From Eledone cirrhosa (Eukaryota): 64,000 nt of DNA. The notes below the pieces were generated by a model that made no database searches, had not been told where the DNA came from, and saw only the letters and a list, made by a program, of their open reading frames with translations. Positions 26,213 to 39,384 of the stretch are shown one piece after another; position 1 is the first letter of the stretch; each line of letters begins with the position of its first letter. The stretch covers positions 93,868,001-93,932,000 of the forward strand of contig OZ024746.1 in assembly GCA_964016885.1 (NCBI GenBank). The letters run 5' to 3'. Position numbers and translations under genes: made by a program.

Positions 26213-27581
26213 TTTAACTCATTAGCATTTAAACCGGCCGTATCTGGCCAGAATTCTCTCACCTCTTTCTGTTTAAACTGGCTGTAATCGGCCACTCATA
26301 CTGATGTTAAGGTATTCTTCTTAAAATAAATAACATCAAAATCTCGTAGATTTGATACTATGTGAGATAATTATGAGATAAAGTATTTACTACAAATATA
26401 CAATAGTAAATATAGAGTAATGTAAATACTCTGTGGTAGCAAAACATTGTCTTTTATTGACAGGTGTAATCTCTAATTGTGTTATGAAATTAAATGAAAT
26501 CTGATCAATATTTGTAAATATTTGACTGAAATATATTTAAAATTTGATAATGTTGCATAAAATTAGATTGGTGTCATGAAAAAAATTATTTTTTTAAAAA
26601 GTGTGTTGCCAGTGGAAAGCCCTAATCAAGAAAATAGAATAACATTTTGGCAAATCTGACACTGAATTTATTTACTGGGTGGGTATCATTAGTTTTCTGC
26701 TTTGTTATTGATATTAACAAGAAGTGAGGAATTTATTAGGTCAAGTGTGCACAGCTGTTTACTGCTTAAAGGGTTAATAGTACAGCTTTGTTATAGTTTC
26801 AAAGGCAATTTATACATTACTCATACTTCTACTAAGGCAACAGGGTTGGAATCTAACCCTTTCCTACCACCTCTACTTTTACGACCCAACTAATTACCAT
26901 TTATTATGGTCCCTCTGAAAATACTGTATCTTTGGTCATTCTTAGATCTTGCGTTAACAGCAAGACTAGTAATAATTGATGAGTTCCACTAGGACTGAAA
27001 CATGCCTGGATTTGGGGCCCTATTGCCTCTGACTGTATTGTATATTTAATCCTTTAGTTACCAACCCGGCCAAACACATTTTAAAGGTTTCCAATTTAAA
27101 TTAAAATCTTCCAACATAATTTTATATAAGAACCTTTCATTAAGTTACTATCTTAGTAATGAAATAATTAATAATTTTAGTAAATCCCTCAAAATTTTTC
27201 ATTAATTAATTAAAATAGTGTATTTTATTAAAAATGTGGCCATGAAAGCATAAATTTAATTTCCATGGATGTTTTGCTGTAATTTTTTTGCCAGTATTAA
27301 TTAGTTATTTAAATAATGGGTTCTGATTTAGGCACAAGGCCAGCAATTTTGGGGAGGAAAAAGTCGATTAAATCAACCCCAGTGAGTGACTGGTACTTTA
27401 TTTTATTGACCCCGTAATGATGAAAAGCAAAACTAACATCGGTAGGATTTGAACTCAAAACGTAGCAGTGTATCTGGTGCTCTAACCACACTGCCACTCA
27501 ATGATGTTTTCTAACTAAAAGTATAATTTAAAAATTCCTTGGTTCACATCATCAAATATTTTTTATTGCTTACTTATTATA

Positions 27582-30500
27582 ATAATGTAAGACTTCCTAT
27601 TCTAATAAACAGTATAACAAGATACATATTGATATACATAATGTAAGACTTGCTATTCTAATAAACAGTATAACAAGATACATATTGATATACATAATGT
27701 AAGACTTGCTATTCTAATAAACAGTATATATAACAAGATACATATTGATATACATAATGTAAGACTTGCTATTCTAATAAACAGTATATATAACAAGATA
27801 CATATTGATATACATAATGTAAGACTCCCTATTCTAATAAACAGTATATATAACAAGATACATATTGATATACATAATGTAAGACTTGCTATTCTAATAA
27901 ACAGTATATATAACAAGATACATATTGATATACATAATGTAAGACTTGCTATTCTAATAAACAGTATATATAACAAGATACATATTGATATACATAATGT
28001 AAGACTTGCTATTCTAATAAACAGTATATATAACAAGATACATATTGATATACATAATGTAAGACTTGCTATTCTAATAAACAGTATATATAACAAGATA
28101 CATATTGATATACATAATGTAAGACTCCCTATTCTAATAAACAGTATATATAACAAGATACATATTGATATACATAATGTAAGACTTGCTATTCTAATAA
28201 ACAGTATATATAACAAGATACATATTGATATACATAATGTAAGACTCCCTATTCTAATAAACAGTATATATAACAAGATACATATTGATATACATAATGT
28301 AAGACTCCCTATTCTAATAAACAGTATATATAACAAGATACATATTGATATACATAATGTAAGACTTGCTATTCTAATAAACAGTATATATAACAAGATA
28401 CATATTGATATACATAATGTAAGACTTGCTATTCTAATAAACAGTATATATAACAAGATACATATTGATATACATAATGTAAGACTCCCTATTCTAATAA
28501 ACAGTATATATAACAAGATACATATTGATATACATAATGTAAGACTCCCTATTCTAATAAACAGTATATATAACAAGATACATATTGATATACATAATGT
28601 AAGACTTGCTATTCTAATAAACAGTATATATAACAAGATACATATTGATATACATAATGTAAGACTCCCTATTCTAATAAACAGTATATATAACAAGATA
28701 CATATTGATATACATAATGTAAGACTCCCTATTCTAATAAACAGTATATATAACAAGATACATATTGATATACATAATGTAAGACTTGCTATTCTAATAA
28801 ACAGTATATATAACAAGATACATATTGATATACATAATGTAAGACTCCCTATTCTAATAAACAGTATATATAACAAGATACATATTGATATACATAATGT
28901 AAGACTTCCTATTCTAATAAACAGTATATATAACAAGATACATATTGATATACATAATGTAAGACTCCCTATTCTAATAAACAGTATATATAACAAGATA
29001 CATATTGATATACATAATGTAAGACTTGCTATTCTAATAAACAGTATATATAACAAGATACATATTGATATACATAATGTAAGACTTGCTATTCTAATAA
29101 ACAGTATATATAACAGGGATACATATTGATATACATAATGTAAGACTTGCTATTCTAATAAACAGTATATATAACAAGATACATATTGATATACATAATG
29201 TAAGACTCCCTATTCTAATAAACAGTATATATAACAAGATACATATTGATATACATAATGTAAGACTTGCTATTCTAATAAACAGTATATATAACAAGAT
29301 ACATATTGATATACATAATGTAAGACTTGCTATTCTAATAAACAGTATATATAACAAGATACATATTGATATACATAATGTAAGACTCCCTATTCTAATA
29401 AACAGTATATATAACAAGATACATATTGATATACATAATGTAAGACTTGCTATTCTAATAAACAGTATATATAACAAGATACATATTGATATACATAATG
29501 TAAGACTTCCTATTCTAATAAACAGTATATATAACAAGATACATATTGATATACATAATGTAAGACTCCCTATTCTAATAAACAGTATATATAACAAGAT
29601 ACATATTGATATACATAATGTAAGACTTGCTATTCTAATAAACAGTATATATAACAAGATACATATTGATATACATAATGTAAGACTCCCTATTCTAATA
29701 AACAGTATATATAACAAGATACATATTGATATACATAATGTAAGACTCCCTATTCTAATAAACAGTATATATAACAAGATACATATTGATATACATAATG
29801 TAAGACTCCCTATTCTAATAAACAGTATATATAACAAGATACATATTGATATACATAATGTAAGACTTGCTATTCTAATAAACAGTATATATAACAAGAT
29901 ACATATTGATATACATAATGTAAGACTTGCTATTCTAATAAACAGTATATATAACAAGATACATATTGATATACATAATGTAAGACTTGCTATTCTAATA
30001 AACAGTATATATAACAAGATACATATTGATATACATAATGTAAGACTTGCTATTCTAATAAACAGTATATATAACAAGATACATATTGATATACATAATG
30101 TAAGACTTGCTATTCTAATAAACAGTATATATAACAAGATACATATTGATATACATAATGTAAGACTCCCTATTCTAATAAACAGTATATATAACAAGAT
30201 ACATATTGATATACATAATGTAAGACTCCCTATTCTAATAAACAGTATATATAACAAGATACATATTGATATACATAATGTAAGACTTGCTATTCTAATA
30301 AACAGTATATATAACAAGATACATATTGATATACATAATGTAAGACTTGCTATTCTAATAAACAGTATATATAACAAGATACATATTGATATACATAATG
30401 TAAGACTCCCTATTCTAATAAACAGTATATATAACAAGATACATATTGATATACATAATGTAAGACTCCCTATTCTAATAAACAGTATATATAACAAGAT

Positions 30501-31542
30501 ACATATTGATATACATAATGTAAGACTTGCTATTCTAATAAACAGTATATATAACAAGATACATATTGATATACATAATGTAAGACTCCCTATTCTAATA
30601 AACAGTATATATAACAAGATACATATTGATATACATAATGTAAGACTCCCTATTCTAATAAACAGTATATATAACAAGATACATATTGATATACATAATG
30701 TAAGACTTGCTATTCTAATAAACAGTATATATAACAAGATACATATTGATATACATAATGTAAGACTCCCTATTCTAATAAACAGTATATATAACAAGAT
30801 ACATATTGATATACATAATGCAAGACTTCCTATTCTAATAAACAGTATATATAACAAGATACATATTGATATACATAATGTAAGACTCCCTATTCTAATA
30901 AACAGTATATATAACAAGATACATATTGATATACATAATGTAAGACTTCCTATTCTAATAAACAGTATATATAACAAGATACATATTGATATACATAATG
31001 TAAGACTCCCTATTCTAATAAACAGTATATATAACAAGATACATATTGATATACATAATGTAAGACTCCCTATTCTAATAAACAGTATATATAACAAGAT
31101 ACATATTGATATACATAATGTAAGACTTGCTATTCTAATAAACAGTATATATAACAAGATACATATTGATATACATAATGTAAGACTTCCTATTCTAATA
31201 AACAGTATATATAACAAGATACATATTGATATACATAATGTAAGATTTGCTATTCTAATAAACAGTATATATAACAAGATACATATTGATATACATAATG
31301 TAAGACTTCCTATTCTAATAAACAGTATATATAACAAGATACATATTGATATACATAATGTAAGACTTGCTATTCTAATAAACAGTATATATAACAAGAT
31401 ACATATTGATATACATAATGTAAGACTTCCTATTCTAATAAACAGTATATATAACAAGATACATATTGATATACATAATGTAAGACTTTCTATTCTAATA
31501 AACAGTATATATAACAAGATACATATTGATATACATAATGTA
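27582..31542. repeat. 60-bp tandem satellite, ~66 units, in Delta intron 3
   Basis: Unit ACAGTATATATAACAAGATACATATTGATATACATAATGTAAGACT[TG/CC/TC]CTATTCTAATAA aligns line-to-line. The first two units are 56 bp, and there is a single 1-bp insertion near 29116. Confidence 0.99.
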
Positions 31543-32699
31543 TTTTTTGGTGATGATACACTTTTTACATCAAACTTTGATATCAAATGTTGTTCATGTT
31601 CTCTTTGAATAAAAAATTTTAAATAAAACTTTGTGAGAAAATAGGGGGTATCTTTTATATCTTGAAACATATGGTACATACTTCATGAGTTGTTTTGTCT
31701 ACCAGCTTGGGATTAGAAAGCTCCCTAAATTAGTAGAACCCAGAATGTTGGGAGACAAATCACATATGGAAAGAAAATCATTCTCATAGGAGTGCCGTAA
31801 TTCACACATTCAAATACTGGAAATGACCAAGAGCAATACTTAACAATAAAGAAATGACATTAAGAATTGTGATGAATCTTAGATTTATGACAGATTTGTA
31901 ACTGCTAAAGCCATATGAATTCTAAACTCTGTCATGGTAGCACTTCAAGATGAGCAATGTTTTTGGTTTTAGAAGACACAGTTCTGATTCTATGGGCATG
32001 TGGTTAGAATGTCTCGGGGAAGAATCGTTCGGACAGATTTTACGAACAATACCAACCGGCAGGACATCCAGGGGTAAGATGGTTGGATAACATCCATGAG
32101 TTCGGCTGGTTTCGCTTGGGTCTCTGGCTGGATCAGATGGAGACGATTTCTTCTGACAGGACCTGCTAGGAGGAGTGTTTGAGGACTCTGCCCTCATGAT
32201 CCTCTCAAGAATAAGTGGGTGAAGAGAAACGAAGCATTCAGTTAAGGAGAAACCAAAAGAATATAGTGGGAGAAATAGAAAGGAAAGACAAAGAATAAAA
32301 ACTATAGGAAGAGGCAGACGAGTGGAAGTAAGAGGTAGAATAGTAAAACACATTGATTCCACACTGTAGTGGTAGTGGAGAAATAGTAATAGCTACTTAG
32401 AAAAGAAAGAGGACAATGGTTGCACATGGAAGAGAGGTGAGTCGACAAAAGTGTGATATGTAGAAAGAGATGAAGGCATTACACTGACATTCACAAATAA
32501 TTGTTTCAATGTTTAGCACATGGCCAGCAATTACCCCAGTGCATTACTGGTACTTTATTTTATCGACCCCGTAAGGATGAAAGGCAAAGTAAACCTCGGC
32601 GGGATTTGAAAGTAATGGCTCTGTTTTCAAGATCTCAATATATTGGGGTGGGGGTGGAAGAAAAATTAATGGAATGCTTGCAGTGAAGGTTAAATCATA

Positions 32700-32960
32700 C
32701 CTTACTTTTATATCTCTTCTTGACTCGAGCCTGGAGGCTTATGAAACCGGTACTTATCCCGGATTCCGTGGCGTGAAATGACTGATAATACAAGACTCGC
32801 CCATGGGCAAGACACCAGTCCATCGCAGGGTTAACTCCTCAGCTATTGTTGGCTCTCATTTTCAGCAGAATATACTGGAGCAACGTGAAATGAAGTGTTT
32901 TGCTCAAGAACACGACACACAACCCAGCCCAAGAATCGAACCCAAGACATTATGATTACT
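32700..32960 (-). mobile_element. CORE-like SINE, near full length
   Basis: GGAGCAACGTGAAATGAAGTGTTTTGCTCAAGAACAC...GAATCGAACCC is the reverse complement of the CORE-like body and B-box. Confidence 0.65.
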
Positions 32961-35676
32961 AAATACAAATACATCTAGAATATTAACAATAAGAAAATCG
33001 AAAGCGGGCCAATGTGAGGTATCAAACTCGTGACATTCACTTTATTAGGATAGGATGACACTCTAATTAACTGAACTAAGCGACCTTTCAGTGTTTTTAC
33101 TTTAGAAATTAAAGAGTAGATAATACACACATAAACAGACAACAGGAATACATACATTTTAAAATAATGAAACCACTCCGTGTGTGCGTATTAATCGAGA
33201 GAAATCTCTTATGCGATTGTTCAACCTCAGCGAAAAATAACAGCCAAGTATTATCAACACCTATAAATACATTCACATACATACACAAATATATATATAT
33301 ACACACACATATTTGTGTGATATATATATAAATAATCTGAAGCATTATTTATTTTTAAAGTTTATTTTTTTAAATATTCCTGATTATATTCTTTTCTTCT
33401 ATACAAATATTCTCTATTTTAACTTTAATTTGTTTTTGTTTTTAATGATTTTTCAGATAGTTGTAAGTTCTAGGTCGAGCAGATAGATAAAAAAAAAAAG
33501 AAATTTTATTAACAATAACAACTACTAAAGTAGAAGTATAGACAATAAAACAATTATAATTTCTATCTGCTGCCGAGAGAAGCGACAGGTGGTTGACTGT
33601 GTGGCTTTCTGCTGGAGTAGTACTTAGTGTGTGCGTGTGTGTGGTGCCTCCTACTACCTGTGTGTGGTGGTGGTGGTGCAAACGAGAAACAGGTTGGGTA
33701 TCACACGGCCCTCAACAACAGAACGATATTAAAACACAATGGAGCCTGGCCAAGAAGATAATGGGATGTGTGGGGGCTGGTAGTGGTGCCTTTGTTGTTT
33801 ACTATCTTTCTTTCTCTCCCTTTTTGATAACTGTTAGATAATAGTAACAATATAGGGTATGGGTAATATGACAAAGGAATAAAGTGCATTTGGAAGTAAT
33901 ACACATTTCAGAAACAAATATGCATGCATGCACACTGACATGGGAAGTCTCTTATGCAGTCGCTATATCTTCGCTAGAAATAGCAGCTAAATATTTTTTA
34001 AATTACACATCTTAACGTCTTTGAATGGTAGGGGAGGGGAAGTCACCGGCGAAAGTCACATTTTATTTAAATACTATAAACATTTATTTAGAACAATGGA
34101 AACTTATAAGTAAAGAAAACTTGTTGAAATCATTTAAATTCCCGTTTAATCCATTATCTTTCTAGGCAAATGTACCGCCCCCTCCCCTCCCCTGCGATTT
34201 ATACGATGTTTTGTTTGTATTGGGGTTAAACAACAACAATTATTCCTTGTATGTTATGGAGTTAAAATTATGATGTCGGTGGGTTGGTAGCGTCGTTAGA
34301 GCGCTGGACTAATCCGTAGAAGTATTTCTTCCAGATCTTTGTTCTGAGTTAATATTCCATCAAGGTCAACTTTGCCTTTCATCCTTTCGGGGATCAGTGA
34401 AATAGTGTAGTCCCTCTCCAAACTTGTACCTATGTTAGAAACAATATTATGCATGCATCGCCTGTTTTTTACAATCAAATGTTATGTTTCTTTAAAGTGG
34501 GAATAATAACCTTTGGTTTTAATTAGATTAGAGGCTTTGTCCAGCCTTGATTAGGCAAGGAGGGTCGGCCTATGATGAAAATCGTTTCAGCTATAACCAC
34601 TCACTTTTTATCCAGCACCACCTTAATCCTTTCCATTTTAAGGGTTAATATTTGAGGGAGATTTGGATGCTATTTCTGGTAGGGTCAGAGGCAGGAGCCC
34701 TTTGTAATACCAACAGCTAATTACAAGTATATAACCTGTTATCTGTGCAGAGAAAAAAATGAATTCTAAATTTTACAAATTTATAAGTATGCACATTATA
34801 TTGGATTACTCTTGATACAAAAGGTTAAGATTATTTTTTTTAACACATGGATACACAGAAACTTTGTGCATCATTTGAAATTTGATATAGGCAAATTTTT
34901 ACCTGCAGGCAAGGAATTTCCCCACACTTGACATAGAATTTCGTCAACTTGTTTTGATTTTAATAAAAATAAATGCTGAAAAGATGGTGGGTACATTTGA
35001 CATATACATGAGATCTATTGATTGAATATCGGGAACATTAACCCTTTAGTATTTACATTACTCTATATTTACTATTATATTTTCGTGGCTAGGCTTTACC
35101 TCACATTATTCTCTCATAATTACGCATCTGTGATTTTGATGTTATTTATTTTGAGAACAATACCTTAACATCAGTATGAGCAGCCGGTTTGAATAGAAAG
35201 AGCCACCCTCATTCATCTCCATTGTCTAGGATTATATATGCTACTTCATTTTATAAACCAATACGGCAAATTTTTACCTGCAGTCAAGGAATTTCCCCAC
35301 ACTTGACAGAATTTCGTCAACTTGTTTTGATTTTAATAAAAATAAATGCTGAAAAGATGGGCATATTTGACATATACATGAGATCTATTGATTGAATATT
35401 GGGAACATTAAATATGAAAAGGTAGCAAAGATATGATCGGAAACAGTGTTTATGAAATATTTCCCGTTTTGTAGAGTATTCTTTCATTATCGAATTCTTT
35501 CGTTTCTCTCAATACACACACACATACACGCTGATGAATTTCTTTTTTTTTCTAACCTATTTCACAATATATAATGGTATTTTATTCACAATTGTGTAAA
35601 ATAATATTACAAATTATTTATAATTCTCACAGAAAGAAAATAAACAAATAATATATACAATACTTAACAATTATAT

Positions 35677-35830
35677 ACCGTATTTACCGGCGCCCAAGAC
35701 ATTACTTTTTTCCCTAAAATAAGTCTCAAAAATCTACCATGCATCTGGAGGCCGAAGGTTGTTTGTTTATTTTATTTTTTTTTTAAATAAAATTTTTGGG
35801 TGTCAAAATTAGGGTGCGTCCTCGAGGAAG
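35677..35830. mobile_element. Tc1/mariner(pogo)-type MITE remnant
   Basis: TA|CCGTATTTACCGGCG start and internal AAAATTAGGGTGCGTC, typical of TACCGTATTT-type MITEs. Right end not seen. Confidence 0.45.
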
Positions 35831-35861
35831 TAAGCAAGCAATCACAGACTTTTAGTAATAT

Positions 35862-36965
35862 ACTAGCAGTGTATCCCGGCGTTGCACAGGTAAGAACATT
35901 GGTAATAGCACCTCCAATGAGAAACGTTTATTTGTGAGTGCCTGTTAAAAACTCACGAAAATATACCGACAGGAAACTTGTTTTATTTGGAGAAAATTAA
36001 GAAGTTGAAAGTACAATTTAGCTGTCTACGTGCATTGTTCATAGAAATATTGTTGAGCCCCTTCTTTTCATACTCCTCTGTTTTGGCCTATTGGAGTAAA
36101 TGTGAAAGAGAAAGTCACAGGTTAAGTTGGCAGAAGATTCCAGTGCAATAGCAGTAAGGCGTAGGGTACTTACCTCAAAAGTTCATTAACACTCTTTCCA
36201 CTAAGTTACTCATTCTCTCTATCCCTCTCGGTGCAGTCCCTTGCGAATTTCTCGCGTAGGACTGGTGTAGATTTGCACCCGATCCATCTGCCCGATGCAC
36301 ATGTCCGTTTTGTATGGCTTATGGAGGAAGGAGTGACCAGCAGTACGTTGTTCGGTATTATTACGAAAAGATGTAGCAGAGAATCCCGCGTGAACTAACA
36401 GCTCAGGAGGAAACTGCTTACCTTGAAGATTCATTTGCCATTGTTCTTGTCAACGCTCCGTTTAGTTGGTATTTGTTGGTCTACAGTTAGATGAATGGCA
36501 CACAAGGGGTTAATGTTTATTGGCAAGAAGTGCAACTGAGCTGACTTGCCTCGCTTATATTATATATTAAAATAACAGATTAAAGTTTAAGCAAAGAATC
36601 AATCTGTGAACGCAGATGTAAATGTTTCGAAAAACGTTGCAACCGAAGGAAAACAGGAAGACGATACTTTGGTTCGTGAAGACGTTTCCTGACAATGAAC
36701 GGAAAATAGCGAACATAATACGTCATCAATGTTTGTCAGAATGTCATAATGCAGACAGTCAGGCATACAGACAACGGAGATGGATAACCGCCGCCTAACA
36801 CCCCGTTAACAACAGAAAATTAAAAAATAAAAGCTACAGTTAATATCTTTAGACCGCAAGTTTGAAGTTAATCGGAGTAGAAATGTGGATTTGTATAGAC
36901 TTTGCAAAAATGAGGACACACACACAGACAACTACAGTTTTATATATATGCATAGATAGATAGAT
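35862..36965 (+). mobile_element. Helitron/Helentron-like non-autonomous element
   Basis: Begins ACTAGCAGTGTATCCCGGCGTTGCACAGG and ends GTGGATTTGTATAGA...(CA)n-CAGACA...TTTTATATATAT..AGAT, resembling the termini of invertebrate rolling-circle-derived repeats. Confidence 0.5.
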
Positions 36966-37019
36966 GAATGTAAACTACAACGTTACCAATGAAATTTTTT
37001 CGCCTAATTTTTAGTTTCA

Positions 37020-37535
37020 TCACCATCATCATCATCATCATCGTTTAACGTCTATTTTCCACGCTAGCATGGGTTGGACGGCTCATTTCGTTTGAGGCAA
37101 GTTGGGTCAGGTGACCATGACTTGCTCATACAGAACTGGTTTTGGCTTGGTTTCTACAGCTGGATGCTCTTCCTAACACCAACAACTTTACAGTGTGGAC
37201 TGGCTACTTTTTGACATGACTCCTACATGACCGCTTTACAGTGTGGACTTGTTATTTTTTGTCATGACTCTCACATGACCACTTTACAGTGTGTACTGGG
37301 TACTTTTTGTCATGACTCCTACACAACCACTTTACAGTGTGGATTGGGTACTTTTTGTCATGACTCCTACATGACCACTTTACAGTGTGGATTGGGTACT
37401 TTTTGTCATGACTCCTACACAACCACTTTACAGTGTGGATTGGGTACTTTTTGTCATGACTCCTACATGACCACTTTACAGTGTGGACTTGGTACTTTTT
37501 GTTGTGATACCTACATGACCACTTTACAGTGTAAG
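37020..37535 (-). mobile_element. (GAT)n-tailed RTE-related SINE-like element with 48-bp tandem array (~7 units)
   Basis: Same end as the 18635 and 24708 copies. Unit CCACTTTACAGTGTGGATTGGGTACTTTTTGTCATGACTCCTACATGA gives the 16-aa period in ORF 37227-37616. Confidence 0.85.
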
Positions 37536-38150
37536 GGTAGGGGTATTAGGACGGGGGGAGAGAGGGTAGTGGTTAAGAGGTGCATACTAGATGTATGTTT
37601 CAGTTTGTGTGCATAAGAAGGCGTCTTAGTTGTATCTGGACATTTCAATAATGAAAATATTTATATTCACCATTATATCTTTGATATACTTCCATGTACT
37701 CAAGGTCAATGTCTGTCAATCAATACAACCAGTTGTTTGATTTTACACACACAATTGTTGGTGGTGATTGTTGTTTAGGTAATTTTTGATCCAGCAGATA
37801 TAAAGATCATTCATTTCACTTCTGACCAAACATAGTGTGTCACAGATTATATTCTTCACTAGGTTATGCCTTTTTGTAAACCACTAGCTTATTTTTGTTG
37901 TTTAATCAGAGACCAGCCCTGTGGTTACTGACATTCCAACCAGAACTACCTTCTCTACTTATGTGCAGAAAAGCCAGGACTACATTATCCAATGTCCCCC
38001 TTTCTAAGATGGTAGTGTATGATTTGAAGGAAATTTAGCTGCTATATTTAGCAGATCAAGTGACTATGTAGAGGCTCGTTTGTTAGCTAGGTGTTTAGAC
38101 TGGTTTTGAGCTCTATGAAATCTGATGATAATCCCTTTTTTTTTCTTTAA

Positions 38151-38355
38151 CCCTTTAGCATTCATATTACTCTATATTTACTATTGTATTTTCACAGTAA
38201 AGGCTTTACTCACATAAAATTGAATCTATGAGATTTTGATATTATTTATTTTGAGAACAATACCATAACATAAGTATGAGTGGCTAGTTATGGCCGGTTT
38301 TAACAGAAAGGTGACAGAATTCTGGCTGGATACGGCCAGATTAAATGCTAGAGGG
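38151..38355. mobile_element. TTAA piggyBac-type MITE (family A)
   Basis: TTAA|CCCTTTAGCATT...AAATGCTAGAGGG|TTAA. Confidence 0.85.
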
Positions 38356-38517
38356 TTAAGATGGTACAAGGTTGTATTTATTTACAAATTGTTTTCCACT
38401 CAATAGAAATTGAATGATATGACTTTTATGGCTGAATGCCTAAGAAGTCTACTTTGCAATCATTTGATCCCAGATTTGACCCCCATTACATGAAATTGGT
38501 ATGTTGGGCAAGTGTCA

Positions 38518-38519
<2 letters not shown>

Positions 38520-38609
<90 letters not shown>

Positions 38610-38876
38610 TATATATATATATATATTCATATATATATATATATATTCATATATATATATATATATTCATATATATATATATATATATATTCATATATAT
38701 ATATATATATATATACGTATATATATATATATATATATATATTCATATATATATATATATATATATACGTATATATATATATATATATATATATTCATAT
38801 ATATATATATATATATATACGTATATATATATATATATATATATATACGTATATATATATATATATATATATATAC

Positions 38877-38911
<35 letters not shown>
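38520..38911. repeat. Compound (TA)n microsatellite with TTC and CG interruptions
   Basis: Directly visible. Source of the spurious YIYI ORFs. Confidence 0.98.
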
Positions 38912-38914
<3 letters not shown>

Positions 38915-39345
38915 TAGTGAGACATGGGCAGCAAATGCAGAAGATATGCGACGGCTGGAGAGAAATGAAGCAAGTATGCTCCGTTGGATGTGCAATGTCA
39001 ATGTGTGTAAATGACCAAGCATGGATGAGTTGAGAGAGAAACTGGGTACAAGAGGGATAAGTTGTGGTGTGCAGGAGAGAAGGCTGAGATGGTATGGACA
39101 TGTGATGCGCATGGAGGATGACCAATGGGTGAAGAAGTGCCAGGAAGTCCCAGTGGACGGAAGACGCAGTAGAGTTTGACCTCGAAAAACATGGGCGGAG
39201 GTAGTGAGAGCAGACCTCAGATCGGTGAAACTCACGGAGGAGATGACGAAGGACCATGACGGGTGGAGAGATGCTGTGCTGAATAGGACCCGTCCAACCC
39301 TTGCAAGCAGGGAAAAGCAGACGTATGATGATGATGATGATGATA
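38912..39345 (+). mobile_element. RTE LINE 3' fragment with (GAT)n tail
   Basis: [27 protein letters not shown]...[11 protein letters not shown], the same family as 19001-19438. Another copy lies at 44150-44395(-). Confidence 0.9.
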
Positions 39346-39352
39346 TACACAC

Positions 39353-39384
<32 letters not shown>

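Noticed and set aside
27582-31542. CRISPR-like array
   Set aside because: No unique spacers, no cas genes, and it lies in a eukaryotic intron. It is a plain tandem satellite.
27653-31679. 467-aa and 861-aa hydrophobic repeat ORFs (LYILFIRI[A/G]SLTLCISICIL)n on the minus strand
   Set aside because: These are a by-product of a 60-bp unit. One stop-free 20-codon frame is expected by chance (a plus-strand frame, INSIYNKIHIDIHNVRLAIL, is open too). A 1-bp indel breaks the frame, and there are no splice or domain signals.
31545-31700. Possible Penelope GIY-YIG C-terminal remnant adjoining the satellite
   Set aside because: Only a vague resemblance (QREHEQHLISKF). No diagnostic motif.
37227-37616. 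Cys/His-periodic ORF (TTLQCGLGTFCHDSY)n resembling a metal-binding repeat protein
   Set aside because: Translation of the 48-bp array inside a dispersed retroposon. The homologous array at 24860 does not keep the frame.
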